Source: a virus | Lineage: Duplodnaviria > Caudoviricetes | DNA: 32,530 bases | Reading direction: 5' to 3' (one strand) | IMG/VR virus record: IMGVR_UViG_3300032285_001165 | Location: 1 to 32,530 of that record | In this document: piece by piece, positions 9,008-16,988 of the stretch | Layout of the letters: every line of letters starts with the position of its first letter | Numbering within the stretch: the first letter of the stretch is position 1 | The notes under the pieces: model-generated | The model's input: the letters and a program-made list of their open reading frames with translations, nothing else | Databases searched by the model: none | What the model was told of the DNA's origin: nothing | Made by a program: the position numbers and the translations under genes

Positions 9008-9654
9008 TTCTCTATCACCCATCCTTTAAATTCTCCAAGTTGAAAAAATTGTTTTGCTTTGTAATTGCGTAGGAGCTTTGGATCCAAGGGTCGTTGAACC
9101 CCTGAGAGACTCAGCTCTTTACTCAATATCTCTTCAGGTTTCGCACCGTTCTCAAGCTTCCAGAACATTGTCAGACGCTTCATTACGGTGGAGAAATACC
9201 CTGATTCATCCGTCACCTTGTCCACGATGATGATGGCTCCTCCTACATTCAAGTTGTAGTAGAGGGTTTCCAAAAAGTCTTTGTGGTAGAAGACAGGGAT
9301 GAACATGGCAGTCAGCATCACAACCGCAACATCAAAAGAGTCGTAGTTGTGTTCTTCTGCAAACTCCTGACACACGGTGACATTTGGTTTGGCAAGAAAG
9401 CGTGAGTATGCCTGCACCATAGATTTCTCTGGCTCGATACCTATGATGCGTGCATCACGCTCTTCCACCACATCCATCATCGCCATGGTCATGTTCCCAG
9501 TGGAGCACCCAATGTCGTACACCAGACCTTCTCTGCGAAGGTAGTTGCGGACAATGAATGCGACTGAGGTGGTGACCAGCTCGTACCATGGAAGTTGTTC
9601 CCTGACATGGGAGTCAAACCCTTGGGCAAACTCATCGAAAGTCCAGTCTTTCAT
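9004..9654 (-). CDS. cmoA: CmoA-like SAM-dependent enzyme (putative carboxy-SAM synthase)
   Basis: WTFD..A..FDSHVREQLPWY and VYDIGCSTG match the CmoA N-terminus and SAM-binding motif. ATG 9654 overlaps the MTase stop. Confidence 0.75.
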   Translation of the reverse strand: MKDWTFDEFAQGFDSHVREQLPWYELVTTSVAFIVRNYLRREGLVYDIGCSTGNMTMAMMDVVEERDARIIGIEPEKSMVQAYSRFLAKPNVTVCQEFAEEHNYDSFDVAVVMLTAMFIPVFYHKDFLETLYYNLNVGGAIIIVDKVTDESGYFSTVMKRLTMFWKLENGAKPEEILSKELSLSGVQRPLDPKLLRNYKAKQFFQLGEFKGWVIEK

Positions 9655-10769
9655 ATGTGGATCCTCTTTGCAATTTCGTAGATGACATTGACAGTCACCG
9701 CACGACCACAACGCTCATAACGCTGTGCGTCAGGTACCAGTGAACCGTCTGCGTACCACTTCGTCCAGTTATCGGGTAGCGACTGAAGCCTCTCACATTC
9801 CAAAGGGGTGAGCTTTCTCAGCGATGTCCCGACCATCAGACCGTGGCGGTCTTGTGCAGTCAGAGTAAAGACTGGTTCGTTGTGATCTTTGATACGACGA
9901 CCGTTCTGTCTTTTCTCTTCTCTGTGGGGGGTAAGAACAGGGCGCACTTGCATCACTGCACCACGCCCTTGGTTGTTCTGAATACCCTTCCAGTAGTGCC
10001 CATCGAGGGTTGGGAACACATCACGGGTTTCCATCACCTTACCAGTGACAAATGGGACATTGTTCCCACCTGTACCCATGTTTGCGGTCAGCGTGGGAGT
10101 GTGGTCACCCTTTATGTCTCTGAAGTGGTTTCGTCGCCAATGAGTTGCTCGAACAGATCCCCCTGAATCAGGTTGATCTCCTTCTCCTTCGTGATCAGCT
10201 TCTTGTCGTTCGTCTTGTCCAGCATCCTCTGCAACGCACTCTCCGAGAGGAAATACTTTGGGTCTGGGTCTTCCTCTAAGATGTCCGACAATGAATACTC
10301 GCTCCCTGTTCTGTGGGACTCCGAAATTCTTGCTGTTAACACACTCCCACTGGCAGTCATACCCCAGTTCATCCAGACTTGCGAGGATAACTGCAAAGGT
10401 TCTCCCACCGTCGTGGTTGAGAAGTCCTTTGACATTTTCAAGGAATACATATGGGATTCTTTTACTACCGAGGATTCGGCAGATCTCAAAGAAGAGAGTA
10501 CCTCGTGTATCTTCGGTGTTGAACCCTGTTCTTCTTCCTGCAACTGAGAAAGTTGCACACGGAAATCCTCCAACGAGCAGATCGCATTCGGGGATCTCGT
10601 CAGGTTGAATGGTTCGTATGTCTCGTCCATCGGGTTTGTGTTTGAAGTTGTGCTCATAAATGCTCCCTGCCTTAGGCATGAATTCATTAGCCCACACGCA
10701 CTGGTGACCAGCTCGTTCTAAACCGAGCCTGAAGCCACCAATGCCTGCGAAGAGTTCAATGAACCTCAT
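9651..10769 (-). CDS. C5 cytosine DNA methyltransferase family, candidate carboxymethyltransferase
   Basis: Motifs I (LFAGIGG), IV (GFPC), VI (ENV), VIII (QNRER), IX (RKLTPLECERLQ) and X, which reads GRAV rather than GNAV. Confidence 0.9.
   Translation of the reverse strand: MRFIELFAGIGGFRLGLERAGHQCVWANEFMPKAGSIYEHNFKHKPDGRDIRTIQPDEIPECDLLVGGFPCATFSVAGRRTGFNTEDTRGTLFFEICRILGSKRIPYVFLENVKGLLNHDGGRTFAVILASLDELGYDCQWECVNSKNFGVPQNRERVFIVGHLRGRPRPKVFPLGECVAEDAGQDERQEADHEGEGDQPDSGGSVRATHWRRNHFRDIKGDHTPTLTANMGTGGNNVPFVTGKVMETRDVFPTLDGHYWKGIQNNQGRGAVMQVRPVLTPHREEKRQNGRRIKDHNEPVFTLTAQDRHGLMVGTSLRKLTPLECERLQSLPDNWTKWYADGSLVPDAQRYERCGRAVTVNVIYEIAKRIHI
10112..10657 (-). CDS. Overlapping alternative-frame ORF, M.EcoHK31I beta-polypeptide-like
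   Basis: Same strand, different frame, inside the MTase gene. GGGAG before ATG 10657. Encodes WMNWGM...SLSDILEE..PKYFLS. Confidence 0.6.
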   Translation of the reverse strand: MSTTSNTNPMDETYEPFNLTRSPNAICSLEDFRVQLSQLQEEEQGSTPKIHEVLSSLRSAESSVVKESHMYSLKMSKDFSTTTVGEPLQLSSQVWMNWGMTASGSVLTARISESHRTGSEYSLSDILEEDPDPKYFLSESALQRMLDKTNDKKLITKEKEINLIQGDLFEQLIGDETTSET

Positions 10770-11557
10770 AGACCAAAGTTGTTTTTTAACTGCCAGAAAC
10801 GAAGTAAAGCTTGGAACATCTCCCAGCCCTTGGTCAAGTCTTCCTCAGACCATTCCACGACCTTGATAAGACCGTGGTGGGTGCGTGAGCAAAAGACATT
10901 AGCGCAACGAGCGTGGGGTAAGCCAAGACCATGACGGTACGCTGAGAGTTGCATCAGGTGCTCGTCATACGCTTCCACCTTGTCGTCGGGGCCAAAGTCC
11001 TTCGACTTAGCGTCCAGCACGATACCTGTAGGTGCATGCTCGTCAGCCTTGCAAAACAAGTCCACCTTGCCTCCAAAACCCATGGGTGATGCAAAAGCAC
11101 GCTCGGTGAGCCACGGTTGCATAGGATGGGTTTTGAAGTGGTTGAAGATGGATTCCTCGAATGCTTTGGCAATCTCTTCGTGCTCCACAGGACGCACGCC
11201 CTCGATCCAAGCCTCAATGGATTCGTGGATGCGTGTGCCGACTTCAGCCGCCTGTTTGCCAGTTTCCTTGGAGTCAGCGACGATACGGGCGATGAAGTCT
11301 TTCTCTGTCTCCTCAGGTTTGCGTGGGAGCGTGAGCGCCGCCAACAGCATCTGTTCGTTCTTCCAGACCTCCAGCCCCGGCTTTGCCGAGACTTTCAGCA
11401 CTGTGGTCACTGACGGTACTAGGTTCAGCTTGCGTGCATCACGAAGCGTTGTAGGACGGTCAGAACCATCCTTTGCTTTCACGGTGTACTGTGGCGCTCC
11501 GTCATCTGCACGGTACCAATGAACTGACTCTGCTGACCTTGCAATGATTGTTGTCAT
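10766..11557 (-). CDS. PD-(D/E)XK exonuclease (RecB/Cas4-like, non-CRISPR)
   Basis: PSVTTVL, GTRIH, GKVD...LDAKS and QLSAY motifs. Confidence 0.85.
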   Translation of the reverse strand: MTTIIARSAESVHWYRADDGAPQYTVKAKDGSDRPTTLRDARKLNLVPSVTTVLKVSAKPGLEVWKNEQMLLAALTLPRKPEETEKDFIARIVADSKETGKQAAEVGTRIHESIEAWIEGVRPVEHEEIAKAFEESIFNHFKTHPMQPWLTERAFASPMGFGGKVDLFCKADEHAPTGIVLDAKSKDFGPDDKVEAYDEHLMQLSAYRHGLGLPHARCANVFCSRTHHGLIKVVEWSEEDLTKGWEMFQALLRFWQLKNNFGL

Positions 11558-11686
11558 TTACTTCTCCGATGTTATTTTGATGTTTTTAACTGTGTTGACG
11601 CTGGTATCCACGACTTCAGCCATACTGCCTACGCCATGGGTTGCGACATATAAACCGAGGAAGAACCCCACGAGAAACTGAACCAT
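11558..11686 (-). CDS. Small membrane protein (42 aa, not in ORF track)
   Basis: MVQFLVGFFLGLYVATHG... with GAGGAG RBS, fills the gap in the operon exactly. Confidence 0.65.
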   Translation of the reverse strand: MVQFLVGFFLGLYVATHGVGSMAEVVDTSVNTVKNIKITSEK

Positions 11687-11696
11687 GGTGTCCTCC

Positions 11697-11966
11697 TCAG
11701 AGTGATAGACGAAGCTTAGGCATGCATTGAACATCGATGATGATGTCCGACATCATTCCTGAGATCAGTCGCTTGGTCATGATGGGTACTGCTCTCATGC
11801 CATTACCCTCACACTCGTGAGTCGCTTGAATGACTTCGTTGCGACTCATCTGTTGTGCTCTGGGATCCACCACGAGCTGTACAGCAGGCGCAGAGGAATA
11901 CTTATGTGCAGGTGGTGATGATCCACAACCCACTAGTAAAAGCGGGATAAGCAATAGTTTTTTCAT
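11697..11966 (-). CDS. Putative lipoprotein
   Basis: MKKLLLIPLLLVGC signal with lipobox, AGGAGG RBS. Confidence 0.75.
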   Translation of the reverse strand: MKKLLLIPLLLVGCGSSPPAHKYSSAPAVQLVVDPRAQQMSRNEVIQATHECEGNGMRAVPIMTKRLISGMMSDIIIDVQCMPKLRLSL

Positions 11967-11974
11967 GTTTCCTC

Positions 11975-12628
11975 CTAGAAAGGAATATCGTCGTCTTCGT
12001 CAAAGCCAGTACTAATCGGATTAGTAGTAACTTGAGCTGGCGCTGATTGTTTGCCTTGCAACTTCTCCCACTCAGGCGAAGACTGGATCTTTGCTTTGAG
12101 GTGGTCGCTAAACTTCTCAAACATTGCCATGTCTGGCGTTTGGAGGTTGAACAGCTCGTTGGCATTGACAGGTTGTGGGAGACCGTTCTGCTTGATGATT
12201 GCTGGGACTGGAGTGACACCATCCACATTGGAGTAGGTCTTACCGTTCTGACCTGCACGCTCGATGATGTTCAACATGCACCATGCACCCAACACATTTT
12301 TGAGATCGAACTTACGCATCTCTTCTTGAGTAAAAGGTTTGCCACGCCATGACTGGAGGTCTAAGCGCAAGTTAGCCTTCTCTGACCAACTGAAGGTGTA
12401 ATTCTTGAAGATTGCAAACGGGCGACCGTCCATCATCTTCAATTGCTTACCGTTGTCGTCTGTACCGTGGATTTCCCAACCCACCATGATTTTGTGCAGG
12501 TACTTGGTTTGACCCATGTACTCGGACTTTTGCGTGCCCAAGTCCACAATTCGGTAGCACCGTGCGAGGTGCATACCAGAGGGGCAACGCTCGAATGAAC
12601 CGCCCGTATCTTCAACAATGAAACTCAT
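11975..12628 (-). CDS. Putative ssDNA-binding protein
   Basis: Acidic C-terminal tip DEDDDIPF typical of SSBs, same operon as the exonuclease. Confidence 0.65.
   Translation of the reverse strand: MSFIVEDTGGSFERCPSGMHLARCYRIVDLGTQKSEYMGQTKYLHKIMVGWEIHGTDDNGKQLKMMDGRPFAIFKNYTFSWSEKANLRLDLQSWRGKPFTQEEMRKFDLKNVLGAWCMLNIIERAGQNGKTYSNVDGVTPVPAIIKQNGLPQPVNANELFNLQTPDMAMFEKFSDHLKAKIQSSPEWEKLQGKQSAPAQVTTNPISTGFDEDDDIPF
12010..12026. repeat. Palindrome A, TACTAATCGGATTAGTA (copy 1 of 5)
   Basis: Direct read. Other copies at 13452, 19677, 24095 and 26633. Confidence 0.85.
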
Positions 12629-12687
12629 ATCTTTCTCCTAAACAGTCCCGTAGGACAACTAACCCGATCACATGACCGTGGAAAGAC

Positions 12688-12718
12688 TATAACACGAAAT
12701 TTGATTCTGTGTTAGACT
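12688..12718. promoter_or_regulatory. Divergent promoter/operator region with two overlapping motif-C sites
   Basis: TATAACACGAAATTTGA (12688-12704) and TTTGATTCTGTGTTAGA (12700-12716), -10-like TAGACT at 12713-12718, between divergent operons. Confidence 0.6.
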
Positions 12719-12739
12719 CTGAAAAAAGAAAGGAGCTCT

Positions 12740-12940
12740 ATGAACTTAAAACAGTACTTTAAAGACGAACCCTACGGGGCGAAGAAAGAGATGGCAGAGT
12801 ATCTGGGAATCACACCGACATGGTTGGGATTGCTGATACGAAAAGCTAGACGACCTTCCCCTGAGCTGGCGAAGCAAATCGAGAAAGCAACACAAGGATT
12901 GGTAAAAGCACGAGAATTGCGCCCCGATTTGTTTGATTAA
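12740..12940 (+). CDS. Cro/YdaS-like HTH regulator
   Basis: 66 aa, EMAEYLGITPTWL...PSPELAKQIEKATQGLVKARELRPDLF. Confidence 0.85.
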   Translation: MNLKQYFKDEPYGAKKEMAEYLGITPTWLGLLIRKARRPSPELAKQIEKATQGLVKARELRPDLFD

Positions 12941-12966
12941 CCCACTGCAATTAACTGGAGATGTAA

Positions 12967-13752
12967 ATGAAGAAAGTAAAGCTTGATGCCATCAGAATCG
13001 ATGGCGGGACGCAGTGCCGACTGGTGATTGACCAGCCCACCGTGTACAACTACTTGGAGGCGATGAAAGAGGGTGACGAGTTCCCTTTGCTGGAGACAGT
13101 ATTTGACGGATCGACTCACTGGCTCACAGACGGGTTCCACCGTTATCACGCCTACAAGTTGTTGGGGATCAAGGACATCGAGGTCAAGTACAAGCCCGGT
13201 ACTTTGCAAGACGCACAAGTGGAAGCACTCAAAGCGAACAGCAAGCACGGCAAACCCCTGACCAACGACGACAAGCGCAACAAGGTCGAGATGGCTTTGA
13301 AGATTGAAGGGTTCGCTGACAAGTCGAACTACGAGATCGCCAAGCTCTGCCAAGTATCTCAACCGTTTGTCGCTTCTGTGCGTGATCCTGCCAAGAAGGA
13401 AAAACAAGCTCAGGACAAGATCAAGCACGCTAAAAAGAAGGCGCAAGAGGATACTAATCAGATTAGTAGTACAGAAACAACACCTAGGGAAAATCCCTAC
13501 GCAGGTGAAGCTCCTTCAGATGAGGAAATCAAAGCTTCTGAGCTGGCGATGCAAGCGGATCAGGATGCGATGTACAAGCTATTGGAGTCGGACGAACCAC
13601 TCAAGGTGGCTCACGAAGAGATCAAGAAGCTCAACCACCTCAACGCTCAACTTGAAGTCCGACTGCACGGATTGATGAACGAGAAGAACGAAGCGGTGAA
13701 GATGGTAAAGAAACTGCAAAAAGAAAACGACAAACTCAAAGGTAAAAAATGA
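12967..13752 (+). CDS. ParB/Srx N-terminal domain protein with HTH and coiled coil
   Basis: LTDGFHRY (ParB GxxR-type box), SNYEIAKLCQVSQPFV HTH, C-terminal heptads. Confidence 0.75.
   Translation: MKKVKLDAIRIDGGTQCRLVIDQPTVYNYLEAMKEGDEFPLLETVFDGSTHWLTDGFHRYHAYKLLGIKDIEVKYKPGTLQDAQVEALKANSKHGKPLTNDDKRNKVEMALKIEGFADKSNYEIAKLCQVSQPFVASVRDPAKKEKQAQDKIKHAKKKAQEDTNQISSTETTPRENPYAGEAPSDEEIKASELAMQADQDAMYKLLESDEPLKVAHEEIKKLNHLNAQLEVRLHGLMNEKNEAVKMVKKLQKENDKLKGKK
13452..13499. promoter_or_regulatory. Palindrome A (13452-13468) plus palindrome B TAGGGAAAATCCCTA (13485-13499) inside the ParB-like gene
   Basis: Direct read. Confidence 0.7.
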
Positions 13753-15278
13753 CACATAACCTAGCGCCAAGTGAGCGTGATGATGGAACAAAATTTCCCC
13801 AACCTAGATCCTTCCAAGTAGATGCCCACGAAGCATTGCGCCAAGGGTTTAGGGAAGGGCACAAGAACCAGTTGATCATGGCTCCAACGGGGGCAGGCAA
13901 GACCTACCTCGGATTACGAATCTGTAATGAAGCTATCCAGAAGGGAAAGCGTGCGGTGTTCTTGTGTGACCGCACCACCCTGATCAACCAGACATCTACG
14001 GTCGCTGACCGATACGGGATGTACAACCATGGGATCATTCAGGCAAAGCACTGGAGGCGTAGACCTGAGGAGCTCTTCCAGATTGCCAGCGTGCAGACGA
14101 TCGCCAAGCGGGAGTTCTGGCCTCAAATGGATGTGCTGGTAGTGGACGAAGCACACACGACCTACAAGGCGTGGACGAAGTTTGCAAACGCAACAAACGC
14201 AACGGTGATCGGTCTGTCCGCAACCCCATTTACCGTGGGTCTTGGAAAAATCTTTACCAACTTGGTTAATGCCACCACGATGTACGACCTGACTCAGCAG
14301 GGGGTACTGGTACCCATGCGGATTTTCTCGTGCCACAAGCCCGATATGAGTGGCGCAGAGACCCGTGGGGGCGAGTGGACAGAGAAGGCGGCAGAAGAGC
14401 GTGAGCTCAAGATTGTTGGCGATGTCGTGTCTGACTGGCAGAAGTTTGGCGACAACCGCAAGACGATCGTGTTCGGAGCGACCATCAAGCACTGCGAGGA
14501 GCTGTGCAGGCAGTTCATCGAGTCTGGAATCATGGCGGCGGTATTCACCAGCGAAACTTCTGACAAAGAGCGTGACGACCTTCTCAAGGAGTACCGCAAG
14601 CCTGACAGTCACCTCAAGGTACTGATCAGCGTGGAAGCTCTCGCAAAGGGTTTTGATGTCCCTGATGTCGGATGTATCTGTGACGCACGCCCATTGCGTA
14701 AGTCACTGAGTACCGCTATCCAGATGTGGGGTCGTGGTTTGCGCTCGTCACCAGAGACTGGCAAGAAAGACTGTTACCTGCTGGACTTTTCAGGAAACAT
14801 CGTTCGCTTCTTTGAGGACTTCAACGACATCTACTTCAACGGACTCGACAAGCTCGACGACGGTGACAAGCTGGACAAGAAGATCCGCACCAAGGAAGAG
14901 TTCGATGCGAAGGGTTGCCCACGGTGCCACTTCACCCCATTCCACAAGCGTTGCATGGCATGCGGGTACGAACGGATTAGCAAGGAGATTAGCGAAGCAT
15001 TGCCCGGTCATATGAAGGAAATCTTTATCGGTGAAGGCAAGAACAAGAAAAAGCTTGCTGACAACGCAGAGCACCTTTGGAATCAGGTGTGCTCATATGC
15101 ACGCCATCACAGCAAACCTGAGAACCAATCAGGTCGTGCATGGCATCTATTCAAACAAATCACAGGGCAGGAGACTCGATGGGCATTCTCGACATCACCA
15201 ACGGTAGAGATCACCAAGAATGTGTTCAACAAAATTCAGCAGATGAACATCGCTTACAAGAGGGGAACAAGACGATGA
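13749..15278 (+). CDS. SF2 DNA helicase (DEAH, RadD/YejH-like) with Zn finger
   Basis: APTGAGKT, DEAH, SAT, KGFDVP, QMWGRGLR, CPRC...CMAC. Confidence 0.92.
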   Translation: MTHNLAPSERDDGTKFPQPRSFQVDAHEALRQGFREGHKNQLIMAPTGAGKTYLGLRICNEAIQKGKRAVFLCDRTTLINQTSTVADRYGMYNHGIIQAKHWRRRPEELFQIASVQTIAKREFWPQMDVLVVDEAHTTYKAWTKFANATNATVIGLSATPFTVGLGKIFTNLVNATTMYDLTQQGVLVPMRIFSCHKPDMSGAETRGGEWTEKAAEERELKIVGDVVSDWQKFGDNRKTIVFGATIKHCEELCRQFIESGIMAAVFTSETSDKERDDLLKEYRKPDSHLKVLISVEALAKGFDVPDVGCICDARPLRKSLSTAIQMWGRGLRSSPETGKKDCYLLDFSGNIVRFFEDFNDIYFNGLDKLDDGDKLDKKIRTKEEFDAKGCPRCHFTPFHKRCMACGYERISKEISEALPGHMKEIFIGEGKNKKKLADNAEHLWNQVCSYARHHSKPENQSGRAWHLFKQITGQETRWAFSTSPTVEITKNVFNKIQQMNIAYKRGTRR

Positions 15279-15448
15279 GACCAAAGACTATCGAAGCTTT
15301 GCTATACAACCGTGAGGCGTACCTCAAAAACAAGCTGGACAAAGAGTACAACGCAAAAACCGCACATCGCCTACAAGAGGTGAAGTACATCAAAGATCAA
15401 TTGAAAATCATGTTGAAGGAAGTCAAGTATGAATATCAGTCAATCTGA
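15275..15448 (+). CDS. Hypothetical protein
   Basis: MRPKTIE start overlaps the helicase stop (ATGA). Confidence 0.55.
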   Translation: MRPKTIEALLYNREAYLKNKLDKEYNAKTAHRLQEVKYIKDQLKIMLKEVKYEYQSI

Positions 15449-15656
15449 AATCATTGAGATGGCTAGACAGGTTGGGAAAAATTTAGAAACAAGTGAAGAA
15501 GGTTACCGACTTTGGACTTATGAAGCACTTGAAGCCTTTGCCAAACTGGTAGCAGAGCGTGAGCGTGAGAAGTTTTGCGCTGTACTTCGGCAATTACATG
15601 ATTCATATTCATTGGCGAGCGATTCAAACGCAATCCGAGCAAGGGGACAAGCATGA
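15429..15656 (+). CDS. Hypothetical phage protein
   Basis: EIIEMARQ...LEAFAKLVAERERE...AIRARG, a common small phage ORF pattern. Confidence 0.7.
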   Translation: MNISQSEIIEMARQVGKNLETSEEGYRLWTYEALEAFAKLVAEREREKFCAVLRQLHDSYSLASDSNAIRARGQA

Positions 15657-16522
15657 GCTTCATCGATTTTGCACGAGCTCATGGAGTGGACATTGATTAC
15701 TCCAAGCTTTATGCTTCAGACAAGATCCGTCGTACTGGAACGGTGGACAAACCTCGCTCTGGAAATGGCGCTTACTTCTGGGATGGGCAACGAGGATGGG
15801 TCATGGACTGGTCAGGAGAGGCTAGAGTGATCTGGTACGAAGATCCCCATGCCAAACCATGGACAGACGAAGAAAAGCGCCAGTGGGTCGCTAAACGCCA
15901 GTCACAAGCATCTGAGCAACAACACAAGTACGAGCAGACCGCACTACAAGCGGACATCACCTTACGCTCTGCCAAGCTTGAAAATCACCCTTATTTGCAA
16001 ATCAAAGGTTTCTACGACGAAAAGGGGCTGGTGCTCGACGACAAATTGCTGATCCCCATGCGGAATGTCGTCACCAACAAGTTGCAGGGGTACCAGTCGA
16101 TCCGCTGGGTACCTGAGGAGCGCAAGTATGAAAAGAAGATGCTCCACGGCATGCGTGCTAAGAATGCTGTGTTCTACATCGGTAACCGCACCGCAGAGGA
16201 GACATGGCTGGTGGAGGGTTACGCTACTGGACTGAGCGTGCACCACGCCCTCAAGAGCTGTGGGTTGCCTGCGTCGGTGGTGGTGTGCTTCTCTGCGTCC
16301 AACCTAGTGCAGGTCGCTGATCAGATCCCTCATAAGCGATTCATCTTTGCGGACAACGACGAGTCACAGACGGGTGAGAAGTCTGCGATTAGTACTGGGC
16401 TTCCTTACACAATGTCTGACACCGTGGGTGAGGACGCAAACGACCTGCACATGAAAAAAAGCTTGTGGGCTGTTGTTGGAAAAATTATGGAATGTCGTAG
16501 GGGGTTGACAACCACTGCTTGA
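15653..16522 (+). CDS. TOPRIM-domain primase (TraC/P4-alpha-like)
   Basis: HPYL..KG, LIPM, LVEGYATG, FADND, DAND. Confidence 0.85.
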   Translation: MSFIDFARAHGVDIDYSKLYASDKIRRTGTVDKPRSGNGAYFWDGQRGWVMDWSGEARVIWYEDPHAKPWTDEEKRQWVAKRQSQASEQQHKYEQTALQADITLRSAKLENHPYLQIKGFYDEKGLVLDDKLLIPMRNVVTNKLQGYQSIRWVPEERKYEKKMLHGMRAKNAVFYIGNRTAEETWLVEGYATGLSVHHALKSCGLPASVVVCFSASNLVQVADQIPHKRFIFADNDESQTGEKSAISTGLPYTMSDTVGEDANDLHMKKSLWAVVGKIMECRRGLTTTA

Positions 16523-16544
16523 CCAGATGTAGAATACGCACACG

Positions 16545-16659
16545 ACAGGAGTTGGAAGCCCTGTTGAAAAACCGTTAAGTCAGACTCCGACCCCGAAAGG
16601 GGACTGTATGCGTCACAAGCGTATACGCTTCCAACGGGGTCTGTCTTAACGGTTTTTTT
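16545..16659 (+). ncRNA. C4-like antisense RNA with upstream complementary target loop
   Basis: Long stem 16567-16589/16635-16657, inner CCCC-GAAA-GGGG and GTATGCG/CGTATAC hairpins, GCTTCCAAC (16627-16635) complementary to GTTGGAAGC (16551-16559). Confidence 0.65.
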
Positions 16660-16860
16660 ATTTCCCGCTGTACTGGTCGCTCACCTGCGGTAGCGGTACG
16701 GGGATAGTCTTGCTATGGGATAGATGCTGAGATAGGACAAGGGGTGGCGAAGATAGTGCCCCTGCATCGAACGACTGTCGGGTCAAGTGGCTCCAATCGG
16801 CAGAACTTGTGAAGGCTTATCCCTTATAGGAGGGCTAGGTCTGTCCACCAAACGGCAGTG

Positions 16861-16902
16861 AAAAATAAGTATCCAATAATTAAAAATAAGTATCCAATAA
16901 TT
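16861..16902. repeat. Perfect 21-bp tandem direct repeat AAAAATAAGTATCCAATAATT x2
   Basis: Direct read, AT-rich. Confidence 0.9.
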
Positions 16903-16943
16903 GATCAGTATCAATCAAGAGACTTGTTTTTTCTTTTTTAGTT

Positions 16944-16962
16944 TCTAATTTCATGTTAGACT
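16944..16962 (+). promoter_or_regulatory. Motif C operator overlapping -10-like TAGACT
   Basis: TCTAATTTCATGTTAGA upstream of the oxygenase gene. Confidence 0.6.
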
Positions 16963-16988
16963 GTTGGGAACTTTAACAGGAGAGATCG

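Noticed and set aside
10766-11557. Cas4 as part of a CRISPR-Cas system
   Set aside because: No array or other cas genes, no four-Cys cluster, and typical phage recombination context
13914-14612. 232-aa minus-strand ORF
   Set aside because: Antisense shadow of the helicase gene
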